A stretch of 64,000 nucleotides of DNA from Planctomycetota bacterium (GCA_965222115.1 CBDCTJ010000003.1:384001-448000); one strand, 5' to 3'; numbered from the stretch's first letter, positions 47,964-58,300 are shown. Program-made: numbers and translations. Notes: a model not told the origin generated them from the sequence alone.

Positions 47964-50570
47964 ATGCAGCGTCTTCGTCATTCGATGCCCGGCTCTTCTC
48001 GTTCCTCCTCGCCAGATAGAGACGAACTTGGAAACAAGCGCAGGTCTGGATGGGCCGCGCTCGCCCTGGGGATTGTGCTCGCCTTGCTGATCGGCGTGGC
48101 GCCAAGCTTCGTGTCGCACACAAGCACGTCGCCGGATTCGGCCTTCGCCGCCGACCCGGAAGAGATCGTCACCATCAACGCCACCGAAACGGTCAAGATG
48201 GAGGACTTCCTGGCGCTGGTCAGCAAGTCGCTCGACACGCCCCTGGTCTGGGACCCCACCGAACGCAATATCAAGGGCAAAGCCATCAAGGGTGGCATTC
48301 GACTCACGTCCAAGCGCAAGCACCTCTTCGGCATCGTACGCGCTCTACTAACATTTTACGAACTCGCGATGATTCCCGTGGGTCCCGGCGAATACCAGGT
48401 GCAGCTCATCATCGACACCAAGCAGCAAGGTCGCATTCTGCGCCTCAAGCCGGAATACGTAAACGTGACCGACGAGAACGTTGGAAGCCTCGCCAATGAG
48501 GATGGTCGCTTCATCACGACCACGATCAAGGTCGAGAACATGTCCGAGTTACAGAATGCGCGCAATGCGTTTTCGCGCATCTCGTCCCAAAACCTTGGGC
48601 AAGTCACGGAAGTCCCCCAAGCCAAAGCCTTCGTGGTGACCGACTTTGCGCCCAACGTGGTTGCCATCTATCGCCTCTTGAAGGAGATGGACGTGCAGCC
48701 CGAAGGGAAAGAGATTCGCGCCGAGTACCGCGCGTTGCAGCACGCGACGGCGGATGAGATTGAGCCCATTCTTCAGGACCTCTTCACCGGCAACACCCGC
48801 CCCGGCGCCAGTAACACACGCCCCAACCGTCCACGCTCACCCAATAACCGTGGCTCCACATTCGTGGATGAAGATCCCGAGCCGCAGATCATCGGCGACG
48901 CGCGTACAAATCAGATCATCATTTGGGCCACCAACGACGACATTCAATCGATCCTCGAGGTCATTGACCGCCTCGACCAAGAGACGTTTCTGCCACAAGA
49001 CAAAGTCCACGTCATCAAACTCAAGAACTTGGAGGCGGTGGAAACTGCCGATGTGCTTACGCAGTTGATCGAGGCCGCGAGCATCTTTGGTACCGATCAA
49101 GCGGTATCGGGCCGTTCGGGCAATCAGGGCCGGGCCAACGCAACCGGACGCGTGGGCGACGTGAACGATCCGCGCCTTCAGCCCAAGCCCGCCGTGGTTG
49201 CCGACGAGAAGAGCAATAGCCTCATCGTCGCAGGCACCAACAAGCAGTTTGAAGAGATCAAGCGCGTTGTTTCGCAGATTGACGTGCAAAAAGATCAGGT
49301 GCTTATCGAGGCCGCGCTCGTCGAGCTCACGCTGGATGATGCGTATACACTCGCATTTGAACTTGGCGCCGCCGACGACAATGGCCTTGTCAATAACGAC
49401 GCTGCTAGCGCGTTCGGATTCACCTCCTACGGCCAGACGACGTTTGCCGACAAGAACGGCGACACGTTCTTTACCGACCGCATTCCGCCCTTCGTGGACG
49501 ACGGCACCATCGCCGCGCCACGTGGCTTGGTGGGCGGTATCTTCGCCTTTGGTCAAGTGCCGTTGATCATGAACTTGCTCAATCGCGTCCAGCGCAGCCG
49601 TATCTTGCAGCTTCCCAGCATCTTGACCGCCGATAACGAACCGGCCGAAATGGAAGTCAAAGACGAGCAGGCCTATTCATCGTCAAACGCCAGTCAGGGC
49701 GGCGCGGTTGGCAGTGGCCTTGGTGGCTTTGAGGAAGCGGGTACCACGCTTCGCATCTCGCCCCACATCGCTGATGGCAACTACTTGCTACTCAACATCT
49801 ATCTGGAGGTTTCGGCTTTCGTCGGTGAACCCCGCACGCTGCCAAGCGGTGACGTGATTCCTGCCGATAAGATTCGTCGTACGTTGCAGACCGCCGTCAA
49901 CTGCCCGGATCGCCACACAGTGGTTCTCGGTGGATTGATGGGCAAGAACCAAACCAGCACATTGGAACAGGTACCCGGCGCGGCCGACTTGCCTTTGATT
50001 GGCGAACTCTTCAAGAGCACCAACAAGCGAGACCGCGATACGAGCCTCTTCCTCTTCGTAACGCCCACCATCATGACCGGCAAAAACGCCTTCGACGTGC
50101 TCGACATTGAGTCGTGCCGTCGCAAGCAGAAGGCCGATGAGCTGATCGGCTACACCGAGATCTACAACTCCCAGTTCGTGGGTTGCGAACTGCAAGACGG
50201 GGCCACCGGCCAGTACAACAAGAAGGGTGACAAATGCGGTTCGTGCAACAACCGTAACACTGGCTCGAATGCTGCGACGGGTTGCGGCTCCTACGGCACC
50301 ATACCGCGTCCCTCGATTGTGCCCGGCTCCGGAAGTGCATCAGACCGCATGGAACGGGTGGGCCTCCTTGAGACCACACGCTTTTCCGGCTTTAGCCGCA
50401 AGCGCCTCAACGCAGAGAGCGCCGCACGCCGGGCAGTCTTGCGCGGTTCCGCGGGACGCAGCAGCTCGAAGGCTGCGCCCAGTGACCGCAATGCGGCAGC
50501 ACGCGCTGCGCTTCGTCGTCGCGCCCTGCGTTCCGGCACCCCGAACGTTGTCCCGGTCGGCGCACGCTAA
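47964..50570 (+). CDS. gspD: Type II secretion secretin GspD
   Basis: Signal segment, N3 repeats (LQHATADEI, DARTNQII, ADEKSNSLIV), QVLIEAALVE, VVLGGL, VPGAADLPLIGELFK, LFLFVTPTI. Confidence 0.9.
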   Translation: MQRLRHSMPGSSRSSSPDRDELGNKRRSGWAALALGIVLALLIGVAPSFVSHTSTSPDSAFAADPEEIVTINATETVKMEDFLALVSKSLDTPLVWDPTERNIKGKAIKGGIRLTSKRKHLFGIVRALLTFYELAMIPVGPGEYQVQLIIDTKQQGRILRLKPEYVNVTDENVGSLANEDGRFITTTIKVENMSELQNARNAFSRISSQNLGQVTEVPQAKAFVVTDFAPNVVAIYRLLKEMDVQPEGKEIRAEYRALQHATADEIEPILQDLFTGNTRPGASNTRPNRPRSPNNRGSTFVDEDPEPQIIGDARTNQIIIWATNDDIQSILEVIDRLDQETFLPQDKVHVIKLKNLEAVETADVLTQLIEAASIFGTDQAVSGRSGNQGRANATGRVGDVNDPRLQPKPAVVADEKSNSLIVAGTNKQFEEIKRVVSQIDVQKDQVLIEAALVELTLDDAYTLAFELGAADDNGLVNNDAASAFGFTSYGQTTFADKNGDTFFTDRIPPFVDDGTIAAPRGLVGGIFAFGQVPLIMNLLNRVQRSRILQLPSILTADNEPAEMEVKDEQAYSSSNASQGGAVGSGLGGFEEAGTTLRISPHIADGNYLLLNIYLEVSAFVGEPRTLPSGDVIPADKIRRTLQTAVNCPDRHTVVLGGLMGKNQTSTLEQVPGAADLPLIGELFKSTNKRDRDTSLFLFVTPTIMTGKNAFDVLDIESCRRKQKADELIGYTEIYNSQFVGCELQDGATGQYNKKGDKCGSCNNRNTGSNAATGCGSYGTIPRPSIVPGSGSASDRMERVGLLETTRFSGFSRKRLNAESAARRAVLRGSAGRSSSKAAPSDRNAAARAALRRRALRSGTPNVVPVGAR

Positions 50571-50748
50571 CAAGTGGGTTCCTGCGCCACGCGCAGGCGA
50601 CATCGCAAGGGACATTGACCAAGAGTTGAACGTCCCCTCGGGTCGATTGCTCGGGTAAGATCTCGGCATTCGTCGTGAGTAGATGAGCGTCTCGGTCGTC
50701 TCATACGACATATCCATCCGGCAAATTGTCGGGAGCCAGGGCGCGCGT

Positions 50749-50793
50749 GCGCCCACATATTTGGCGCCCACGTATCGGGCGCCCACATATTGG
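50749..50793. repeat. 15-bp imperfect tandem repeat x3 (GCGCCCACRTATYKG)
   Basis: Copies at 50749, 50764 and 50779, immediately before the probable gspE start. Confidence 0.85.
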
Positions 50794-50803
50794 GGTCGAC
50801 CGC

Positions 50804-52528
50804 GTGCACAACCCGCTGCTTCAGGTCCTGCGCGAGAAGAAACTTCTCAGCGACGAAGATATTGAGAAGGCCCTCGAGCAAGAGCGCGAAACCGGTGCAC
50901 CACTAGACCGCGTCCTTCTCAGCAAAGGCATGGTGAGCGAACACGATCTGCTCAAGGCCATGTCCGAGTCGCTGGCGATGACCTACGAGGAGCGACTTGA
51001 GGACGCATCAGTCCCCGACGCATTCCTCAATCGCGTGCCCGTCCAGTTCGCACGCAACTACTACCTCATCGGCCTCGAACAACAAAACGGATCGAGTCGT
51101 AATGGAACCATGCGGGTAGCCACCGCGAATCCGCTCGACGCCTACCCCATGGACGACCTCGCGGCGATGCTCAACATGGAGCTCGACCCCGTTCTTGCGC
51201 CGCGTACTGAAATTACGAGTCTTATCAACAAGGCCTACCGCAATCGACAAGACATCGTCGAGGAGTCGGTGGGTGATTTTGACGACGCCGATCTTGAGAG
51301 CGTTGCCGAGGGCCTTGACGATTCCGAAGACATTCTTGATGTGGCCAACAAGGCCCCCATCATCAAGCTTGTCAATATGCTCTTCTTCCAAGCGCTCAAG
51401 ATGCGCGCTTCGGATATTCATCTGCAGCCCTACGAAGATCGCTTGCAAGTGCGTTATCGCGTGGACGGCATTCTTTACGACATGGAGTCGGTCCCGAAGA
51501 AACTCCAAGACGCGGTTACGAGCCGTCTCAAGATCATGAGCAAGCTCGATATTGCCGAGCGCCGCTTGCCACAGGACGGTCGTGCTTCTCTGCGACTGGG
51601 CGACGCGGAAGTCGATGTGCGTGTGTCCAGCGTGCCCACCAATCAGGGCGAACGCTTGGTGATGCGTCTGCTCGATAAGACGGCGCGCCTTTACGAGTTG
51701 GAAGAGATCGGCCTCATTGAAGGCAACTTGGAGATGGTCGAACAGTACGTTCACTACAATCACGGCATTGTGTTCGTCTCGGGGCCTACCGGTTCGGGTA
51801 AGACCACCACGCTCTATTCGTGCCTCACGCGTATCAATTCAACCAAACTCAATGTGATGACGATCGAGGATCCGATTGAGTATCACTTGGGTGGTATTAG
51901 CCAGATTCAGGTGAACGAGAAAAAGGGCCTTACCTTCGCCTCCGGCCTGCGTTCACTTCTGCGACAAGACCCCGACATTATGATGGTGGGTGAGGTGCGT
52001 GACGTGGAGACGGCGCGCATCGCCATTCAAGCCGCGCAAACCGGCCACTTGGTGTTTAGCACCATTCACACCAACGACGCCCCCACAGTCACCACGCGTT
52101 TGCTGGATATTGGCATCGAGCCCTACCTCGTCGCCTCGTCGGTCGTAGTCGCCATCGCCCAGCGCCTCGTGCGCCAGGTGTGTAAGGATTGCCTTGAGCA
52201 GTACGACCCCAATGAAGAAGACCTCTTCCAGCTGAAGCAACTCGGCATCGATCCCGATGAGCTAGGCGACGGGAAACTCGTGCGCGGCAAGGGCTGCGGC
52301 AACTGCTTTGGCAGCGGATATCACGGCCGACTTGGTATCTACGAGATCATGCCTATCGACGACGAGGTGCGGCATCAGATCGTGGAACGCGCGAGCGCCA
52401 GTGCCATCAAACGTGGCCTGATTGATCGCGGATTCCGGACGTTGCGCATGGACGGCTCACTGAAGGTCAAGCGCGCCATGACCACGCCGGAAGAGGTCTT
52501 GCGCGTGACGCAACTTGATGTGATGTAG
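50804..52528 (+). CDS. gspE: Type II secretion ATPase GspE
   Basis: APIIKLVN, RASDIHLQP, RLPQDGR, GPTGSGKTTT, GEVRD, TGHLVFSTIHTND, two CxxC pairs. Start approximate. Confidence 0.92.
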   Translation: MHNPLLQVLREKKLLSDEDIEKALEQERETGAPLDRVLLSKGMVSEHDLLKAMSESLAMTYEERLEDASVPDAFLNRVPVQFARNYYLIGLEQQNGSSRNGTMRVATANPLDAYPMDDLAAMLNMELDPVLAPRTEITSLINKAYRNRQDIVEESVGDFDDADLESVAEGLDDSEDILDVANKAPIIKLVNMLFFQALKMRASDIHLQPYEDRLQVRYRVDGILYDMESVPKKLQDAVTSRLKIMSKLDIAERRLPQDGRASLRLGDAEVDVRVSSVPTNQGERLVMRLLDKTARLYELEEIGLIEGNLEMVEQYVHYNHGIVFVSGPTGSGKTTTLYSCLTRINSTKLNVMTIEDPIEYHLGGISQIQVNEKKGLTFASGLRSLLRQDPDIMMVGEVRDVETARIAIQAAQTGHLVFSTIHTNDAPTVTTRLLDIGIEPYLVASSVVVAIAQRLVRQVCKDCLEQYDPNEEDLFQLKQLGIDPDELGDGKLVRGKGCGNCFGSGYHGRLGIYEIMPIDDEVRHQIVERASASAIKRGLIDRGFRTLRMDGSLKVKRAMTTPEEVLRVTQLDVM

Positions 52529-52576
52529 CAGCACCACCCCGAGCGAATCAAACGGCCAAGGAGCACACCCTCATTC

Positions 52577-53806
52577 ATGCCCGTCTATGACTACAAAGGC
52601 CTGACCCCAGCAGGCTCCATCAAGACCGGCATTGTGGACGCCGATTCGCCTCGCGAAGCGCGCCTCAAGCTGCGCCAGCAAAACGTCATGGTCACCAAGA
52701 TCGACGAGCGTAGTGCCGCCGTCCGACGTGACAAGAAGAAAGAGAAGATTCTCGATTTCAGCCGCTCGCTGAAGGGTAAGAACGAAGTGCCCATGTACAC
52801 GCGCCAGTTGGCCACACTGTTGGCGGCGGGCATTCCGTTGGCGCAAGCACTCAGTGCCCTGATCGAGCAGTGCGGCACGCCCGACCTGGAAGCGGCGTTT
52901 CGCGACATTCGCGAAAAGATTACGCAAGGTAACTCGTTCGCCGAGTCCCTGGCGTTTCACCCGGGCTACTTCAGCGACCTCTACGTCAATATGGTGAAGG
53001 CCGGTGAAGCCGCCGGAAGCCTCGACATGGTGCTTCACCGCTTGGCCGACTACCTGCTTCGTCAAGCCTCCATCCGTAACCGCATCGGTGCGGCCTTGGC
53101 CTATCCGGTGGTGATGATTTTCATCGGCATCATTATCGTCATCATCTTGATGGTCTTTATCGTTCCAAAGGTACTGAAGGTCGTTGAGCGCAGCGGACAA
53201 TCGGTGCCACTTCCCACACGTGTTCTAAAGTGGTCGGCCGACTTTCTCGGCAAGTACTGGCTGTTTATGTTGGGCGGCGTCGTGGCGCTCATGATCTTGC
53301 ATCGCATGTTCATGCGACGCGACGAGTACGCGTACCGCGTAGACAAGTTCAAACTCAAGCTCCCCGTCGTTGGGGAGCTCTTTCGCAAGTCGGCCGTTAG
53401 CCGTTTCGCAGTAGCGATGAGCACTCTGCTCAAGAGCGGTGTGCCGGTCATCGATGCGCTGCGTATCGTGAAGGACATCGTGGACAACCGCGTCATAGCG
53501 CGCGTCATCGACACGGTGCAAAAGCGCATCGTGGAAGGCACCGACATCGCCACACCGCTCAAGAAATCGGGGGTGTTCCCGCCGGTCGTGGGTTACATGG
53601 TGTCCGTGGGCGAGCAGACGGGTGAGCTTGAGGGCATGCTGGATCAGGTCGCGGCGGCCTACGATGAAGAGGTGTCCGTACAGACGCAGAAAGTGACGAG
53701 CCTGATGGAACCACTCATCATCGTGCTCATGGCACTCGTGGTGGGGTTCATTGTGATTAGCGTCATGCTCCCCATTCTCCAAATGTCGCAGATCCGCGGC
53801 CAGTAG
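52577..53806 (+). CDS. gspF: Type II secretion inner-membrane platform protein GspF
   Basis: MPVYDYKG, TRQLATLLAAGIPL, YVNMVKAGEAAGSL, ALAYP, GEQTGEL, MEPLII. Confidence 0.93.
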   Translation: MPVYDYKGLTPAGSIKTGIVDADSPREARLKLRQQNVMVTKIDERSAAVRRDKKKEKILDFSRSLKGKNEVPMYTRQLATLLAAGIPLAQALSALIEQCGTPDLEAAFRDIREKITQGNSFAESLAFHPGYFSDLYVNMVKAGEAAGSLDMVLHRLADYLLRQASIRNRIGAALAYPVVMIFIGIIIVIILMVFIVPKVLKVVERSGQSVPLPTRVLKWSADFLGKYWLFMLGGVVALMILHRMFMRRDEYAYRVDKFKLKLPVVGELFRKSAVSRFAVAMSTLLKSGVPVIDALRIVKDIVDNRVIARVIDTVQKRIVEGTDIATPLKKSGVFPPVVGYMVSVGEQTGELEGMLDQVAAAYDEEVSVQTQKVTSLMEPLIIVLMALVVGFIVISVMLPILQMSQIRGQ

Positions 53807-53995
53807 CGCCCTCCCTGGGATCAGGGAGCGACCGGAACCGGGTTGCCCACCAGCGAGAGACGACGGCTGGGTGGCATGTTATTTTTTGGCTTGAGTTAAA
53901 TTGGCAAGGTCCGAGCGGCTGCGACGTCCAATCGAGGCACGCCGCTCCGTCGGACTCGACGTAGCTGGTGCAACGCAGTTGGAGCAAGAAACACC

Positions 53996-54463
53996 ATGAG
54001 GGTCGAATCAGTGAGCGCAAGTGAGATGACGGTACGAAGCGAGGTTACGGCGCGAGACTGGCAAACGGGACGGTTCCAACGGAAGCGTGCTCGCGGCTTT
54101 ACGCTCGTGGAACTCATGGTGGTCATCGTCATCCTTGGAAGCTTGGTGGCCATCGTCGGTCCCAACATCTGGAAGGCGCTCTTTCAGTCAAATGTGGGTT
54201 TGACAAAGACGCAGATGCACTCCTTTCGTAGCGCCATATCTCAGTTCAAGCTGAGCGAAAAAAGACTGCCGTCCTCATTGGATGAACTCGTCCAGGAGTC
54301 CGACGGCGGATACTCGTACCTGTCTGAAGATACGGTTCCCGACGATCCATGGGGCACGCCCTACGAGTATCGAGCCGATGGAAACGAGTATACGATCCGG
54401 TCCGCGGGACCCGATAAGGCGTACGACACCGACGACGACATCATCTACCCTGAATCGAAATAG
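53996..54463 (+). CDS. gspG: Major pseudopilin GspG
   Basis: G|FTLVELMVVIVILG prepilin site, PDDPWGTPYEY, SAGPD..TDDDI. Start uncertain. Confidence 0.9.
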   Translation: MRVESVSASEMTVRSEVTARDWQTGRFQRKRARGFTLVELMVVIVILGSLVAIVGPNIWKALFQSNVGLTKTQMHSFRSAISQFKLSEKRLPSSLDELVQESDGGYSYLSEDTVPDDPWGTPYEYRADGNEYTIRSAGPDKAYDTDDDIIYPESK

Positions 54464-54495
54464 TAGAGACGCCCGTCAACCCACGAAGCCCCATC

Positions 54496-55179
54496 ATGCA
54501 TACACCCCATGGACTGTGCCGCGAACCGATCAAGCGCGGCTCAGGCATGGCCGGCTTTACCATGATCGAACTCATGGCGGTCATGCTCATTATGGGCGGC
54601 ACGTTGATGATCGCACTCGCCAACTACCGAGGCTCGGGCATCAAGATGCAGTTGGAGTCGGCCGCCAACACAATGGTTGCCGTGCTCACAACCGTGCGTG
54701 AAACGGCGATCATTGATGGGTATCCGGCCGCCATGGAATTGGGCATGTATCGCGAAGAGGGCGACAGCGACGAGCGTCAAGGCTATCGCATGCGCGCGAG
54801 CAACATTCGACAAGAACTCAAACAAGACGAAGACGCCGATGACGAGTCCAGCGAGGCATTCGACCGCACCGGTGAGCGAGAAGTGATTTATACCGATTGG
54901 GCGCCACTACCCGATGATGTAGTCATTGCCGGCATAAGCCGTGCAAAGGACAAGTGGGTCAAAGTGTCAGGAGGTGAACCGGTGAGCATTGTCTTCGGGC
55001 CGGATGGGAACGTCGATTCGGCGCTTGCCATTCGCCTGGAACACAAAGAATTGCGACAGGCGTCTAAGGACAAGCGATTCGTAACCGTCTTCGTAAATGG
55101 CCTCACGTCGGCGGCCAGTTGGCAACAGGGCGAGAAAGACCTCACGGCCTCGCGACCCTCGGCAGATTTTGGAAACTGA
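54496..55179 (+). CDS. Minor pseudopilin (GspH-like)
   Basis: G|FTMIELM prepilin motif, IVFGPDG; position after gspG. Confidence 0.8.
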   Translation: MHTPHGLCREPIKRGSGMAGFTMIELMAVMLIMGGTLMIALANYRGSGIKMQLESAANTMVAVLTTVRETAIIDGYPAAMELGMYREEGDSDERQGYRMRASNIRQELKQDEDADDESSEAFDRTGEREVIYTDWAPLPDDVVIAGISRAKDKWVKVSGGEPVSIVFGPDGNVDSALAIRLEHKELRQASKDKRFVTVFVNGLTSAASWQQGEKDLTASRPSADFGN

Positions 55180-55180
55180 C

Positions 55181-55774
55181 ATGGCCATTGCCGCTGCCTC
55201 CCCTGGTTCCACGCGGCCGCGCCGCACCGAAGGGTTCACGTTGCTTGAAGTCATGGTTGCCTTGGCAATCTTGGGCTTTGGCATTGCGTGGATGGTCGAG
55301 ATTTGGACCAACAGCATGGACAAGGCGGGCCGCGCGATCGATGACCGCGAACTTCGTGAATATGCCGGGGCCTTCTTCACCAAGTTCATTTACGAGCACA
55401 ACGATGGGTCACCAACGGATGGCACGCTGCGCGAGTATGGCGAGTGGGCCAAACTTTCCGCGGCAGAGTCCGATCGACTGAGTCGCTATCGCTACACATT
55501 TTCGCGATTGTCCAAGGCACCGATTGGTGCAGGCGGCGACGACAGCGACCCCCTGTTCGCTTTGGGCGAGGAAGAGGATGACGGCGGTGGGTTGGTCGAC
55601 TCCGATTCAACGCGAGAAGTGGGCGAGGGGGAAGGCGATGCCGCCACAAGCGGACCCGTCGTTTGGGAACTCTTGCTCAAGGTCTACGACACGAAGAACG
55701 CCAGCGACGATCGTGACGACAAACCCATTTACGTGCTAAAGACCTACGTGCCACCGTCGGTACCGGGGGAATAG
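55181..55774 (+). CDS. Minor pseudopilin (GspI-like)
   Basis: G|FTLLEVMVALAIL prepilin motif; operon order. Confidence 0.8.
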   Translation: MAIAAASPGSTRPRRTEGFTLLEVMVALAILGFGIAWMVEIWTNSMDKAGRAIDDRELREYAGAFFTKFIYEHNDGSPTDGTLREYGEWAKLSAAESDRLSRYRYTFSRLSKAPIGAGGDDSDPLFALGEEEDDGGGLVDSDSTREVGEGEGDAATSGPVVWELLLKVYDTKNASDDRDDKPIYVLKTYVPPSVPGE

Positions 55775-55775
55775 C

Positions 55776-56564
55776 GTGGCTGCTTCCCAACCATGTACGT
55801 CAACACGCCGCGGGTTCACATTGATTGAACTCATGCTGGCGGTCACGGTGCTAGCGGGTCTCGCCACCATGATGGCGCAGGTAATTGCCCAGACCATGAC
55901 GGGCAACGAACGCGCCCACGAACAACTTCGTCGCCCCAAGATCGCAAACGCCATCTTCAGCCAGATCTTTCGCGACTTTCGCTATATCTATTGGGGTGGC
56001 ATCACGGGCAACGCGGGCTTCCGCGGCAAAGCAAACACCATGAGCGGCAACGACGCCGATACGGTCCAGTTCATCACGGCGCGACTGACGCGCACCACCG
56101 CCCTCGAAGAAGGCGAGCAGCGAAAGGGTGAAGAGCCCGCCAGCCCCCTGACGGAGGTGGGCTACGCCCTGCGCAATAACGACGACGAACCGCAATATCT
56201 TGAGCTCTGGCGACGTGAAGATGCCTTCGTAGACGCCAAACCCACCAGCGGCGGCACCTACACGCTTGTGTACGATCGCATCACCACTTTCCGATTGCGT
56301 TATTTCCCTTCGCCCAGCGAACTTCCCCCCGGCAAAGCCGAAGGTTTCGAAACCTGGGACTCAGGCATTCGCGGCGCCATTCCCTATGCGATTTTGATCG
56401 AGATTCGTTTCGACGTCGCCCCTGACGAAGACGCCGATGCCGGCCGCAAGAAACGCAAAGAAACCGACAAAGGTCACGTATGGCAAATCATTCGCCTTCG
56501 TGGCGGTGAAGGCGTTCCCTACGAATCAACCACGCCCAACACAAATGGCAACAACGGAAGGTAA
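55776..56564 (+). CDS. Minor pseudopilin (GspJ-like)
   Basis: G|FTLIELMLAV, EVGYAL, LWRRE, ETWDS...PYAI. Confidence 0.82.
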   Translation: MAASQPCTSTRRGFTLIELMLAVTVLAGLATMMAQVIAQTMTGNERAHEQLRRPKIANAIFSQIFRDFRYIYWGGITGNAGFRGKANTMSGNDADTVQFITARLTRTTALEEGEQRKGEEPASPLTEVGYALRNNDDEPQYLELWRREDAFVDAKPTSGGTYTLVYDRITTFRLRYFPSPSELPPGKAEGFETWDSGIRGAIPYAILIEIRFDVAPDEDADAGRKKRKETDKGHVWQIIRLRGGEGVPYESTTPNTNGNNGR

Positions 56565-56595
56565 CTCACGCACCTCCCAATCCGTCTCTGTGCCA

Positions 56596-56881
56596 ATTTG
56601 CTCCCGGCACAAATCGGTGACTTCGTCCACCCTTCGCTGGTGCTTACTCAGGGTCTCGCGCAAATGGCCAAGCCATTTGCTCTTGACGTCCACGTCCACG
56701 TCCACGTCCACGTCCACGTTAAGGCGGCGCGATTCGTTCATCGGATGCCCACCCTTGAGTACGGGTATCGGGGTACGGGTGACGGGTGACGGGTAAGAAT
56801 TTCCTCCCGGCACAAATCGTGAAATTGCGCATTTGCTCCCGGTACTAATTGTGAATTTACGCATTCGCTCCCGGCACAAAT
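56596..56881. repeat. Cluster of 19-bp REP-like motifs (ATTTGCTCCCGGCACAAAT) with GTCCAC and GACGGGT micro-repeats
   Basis: Copies at 56596, 56799, 56831 and 56863 (last three at a 32-bp period); (ACGTCC)x5 near 56686-56719; GACGGGT repeats near 56775-56794. Confidence 0.85.
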
Positions 56882-56930
56882 TCGCTCGCAGAAGTGATCT
56901 GGGGGCGGCGATGGCGAGGGGAGCTGCGCG

Positions 56931-58223
56931 CTAGCTGTCTCTAGGCCGCAGCTCCGTCTTGCCGCCCATGTACGTCTGCAACGCCTTGGGAATACGCACG
57001 CTTCCATCTGCTTGTTGATGCACCTCGAGTAGAGGAATCAACACACGCGGCGTAGCGATCACGGTGTTGTTGAGCGTGTGGCAATGACGCACCTTGCCGT
57101 CCTTGTCGCGGTAACGGAGATTCAGACGGCGGGCTTGGTAGTCGTGAAAACGACTCGCGCTGTGGGTCTCGCCCCAACCTTCACGGCTGGGCATCCAGAC
57201 TTCGACGTCGTACTTGAGTTTGACGGCGCGGCCCATGTCGCCGGTGGCGTTGGCAACCACGCGATAGGGCAGCTCCAACAGATTGAGCATGTCCTCTGCG
57301 TTCTTGAGAATCGACAAGTGATGCGCCTTGCTGGCTTCTTCGTCGGCAACGTCAATGACAACCTGCTCGACTTTGTTGAATTGGTGCACGCGATACACGC
57401 CGCGCGTGTCTTTGCCATAGGTGCCCGCCTCGCGTCGGAAGCACGGGCTAATGCCCGCGTAACGCAGTGGCAGCATGTCGAGATCCAAGATCTCGCCGCC
57501 GTGCAGCGCTGTGACGCTCACTTCGCTGGTTCCGACCAACCAACTGTCTTCGTCCTCGGCGGTAGGATTGGCGATTCGATACGTCTGTTCCTCGGCTCCA
57601 GGGAAATAGGCCGTGCCGCGGAGCGCCCACTCTTTGACCACCACCGGCACCGAGAGCATTTCGTAGCCGCGCTCCGAAATGAGGTCCATGGCCATACGCA
57701 AGACCGCCTGCTCCAAAAACACAGCCTCGCCGCGAAGCACATAGTTGCGACTGCCCGCCAGCTTGCCGGCACGATCGATATCCACCATGTTCATGCTTCG
57801 CATAAGTTCGAGGTGGTCTTTGACCTCAAAGTCATACGTGGGTGGCTCGGCCGAGCGGCGGAGCTCCACATTGGCGCTGTCATCGTCCCCCACGGGCGCC
57901 TCATCATCGGGCGGATTAGGGCAGGCCAAGAGCAGGGTGTCGATCTCTTCCTGAACGGGTTTGAGGGCGTCGGTGTGCTCGCCCACGGCGGCCTTGAGTT
58001 GCTTGAGGCGTGTGAGCGCCAGACTCTTGGCATCGCCCTGAAGCGTGGCCACCTGCTTTCCCAGCGCATTCTGCTCGGCCTTGGTCTCTTCCTGGAGCTG
58101 GATCAACCGACGCCGTTCTTCATCCAGCGAGAGCAGGCGATCCACATCGAAATCGATGCGCTTCCTTCTCGCGCCATCACGGACTTCATCGGGGTGGGCG
58201 CGTATCCAGGCGAGATCCAGCAT
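56931..58223 (-). CDS. serS: Serine--tRNA ligase
   Basis: MLDLAWIR, GTSEV, CFRREAGTYGKDTRGVYRVHQFNKVEQ, KYDVEVWMP, HTLNNT. Confidence 0.97.
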   Translation of the reverse strand: MLDLAWIRAHPDEVRDGARRKRIDFDVDRLLSLDEERRRLIQLQEETKAEQNALGKQVATLQGDAKSLALTRLKQLKAAVGEHTDALKPVQEEIDTLLLACPNPPDDEAPVGDDDSANVELRRSAEPPTYDFEVKDHLELMRSMNMVDIDRAGKLAGSRNYVLRGEAVFLEQAVLRMAMDLISERGYEMLSVPVVVKEWALRGTAYFPGAEEQTYRIANPTAEDEDSWLVGTSEVSVTALHGGEILDLDMLPLRYAGISPCFRREAGTYGKDTRGVYRVHQFNKVEQVVIDVADEEASKAHHLSILKNAEDMLNLLELPYRVVANATGDMGRAVKLKYDVEVWMPSREGWGETHSASRFHDYQARRLNLRYRDKDGKVRHCHTLNNTVIATPRVLIPLLEVHQQADGSVRIPKALQTYMGGKTELRPRDS

Positions 58224-58253
58224 CGCTTCGTACTCCGATTTGAACGGCGGCCC

Positions 58254-58300
58254 AAAAATAGCCGCACGCCCACGAAGAGACGTATCTCAACGCAGGCGTG
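58254..58300 (-). terminator. Putative intrinsic terminator downstream of the small lipoprotein gene
   Basis: Minus strand CACGCCTGCG-TT-GAGA-TACG-TCTC-TT-CGTGGGCGTG hairpin (UACG tetraloop) followed by CGGCTATTTTT. Confidence 0.55.

Noticed and set aside
53807-53890. Riboswitch (c-di-GMP) between gspF and gspG
   Set aside because: Two hairpins and a T-run are present, but no recognisable aptamer consensus; at most a weak terminator.
53900-53920. Sigma-54 promoter upstream of gspG (TTGGCAAG...GAGC)
   Set aside because: The GG-N10-GC spacing fits, but the -12 element lacks TTGC; too weak to call.
56526-56879. 117-aa minus-strand ORF with a VDVDVD run
   Set aside because: It is a translation of the repeat tract and overlaps the gspJ end; no protein-like motif.
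56799-56881. Degenerate CRISPR array
   Set aside because: The period is only 32 bp, the 13-bp gaps resemble each other, and there are no cas genes.
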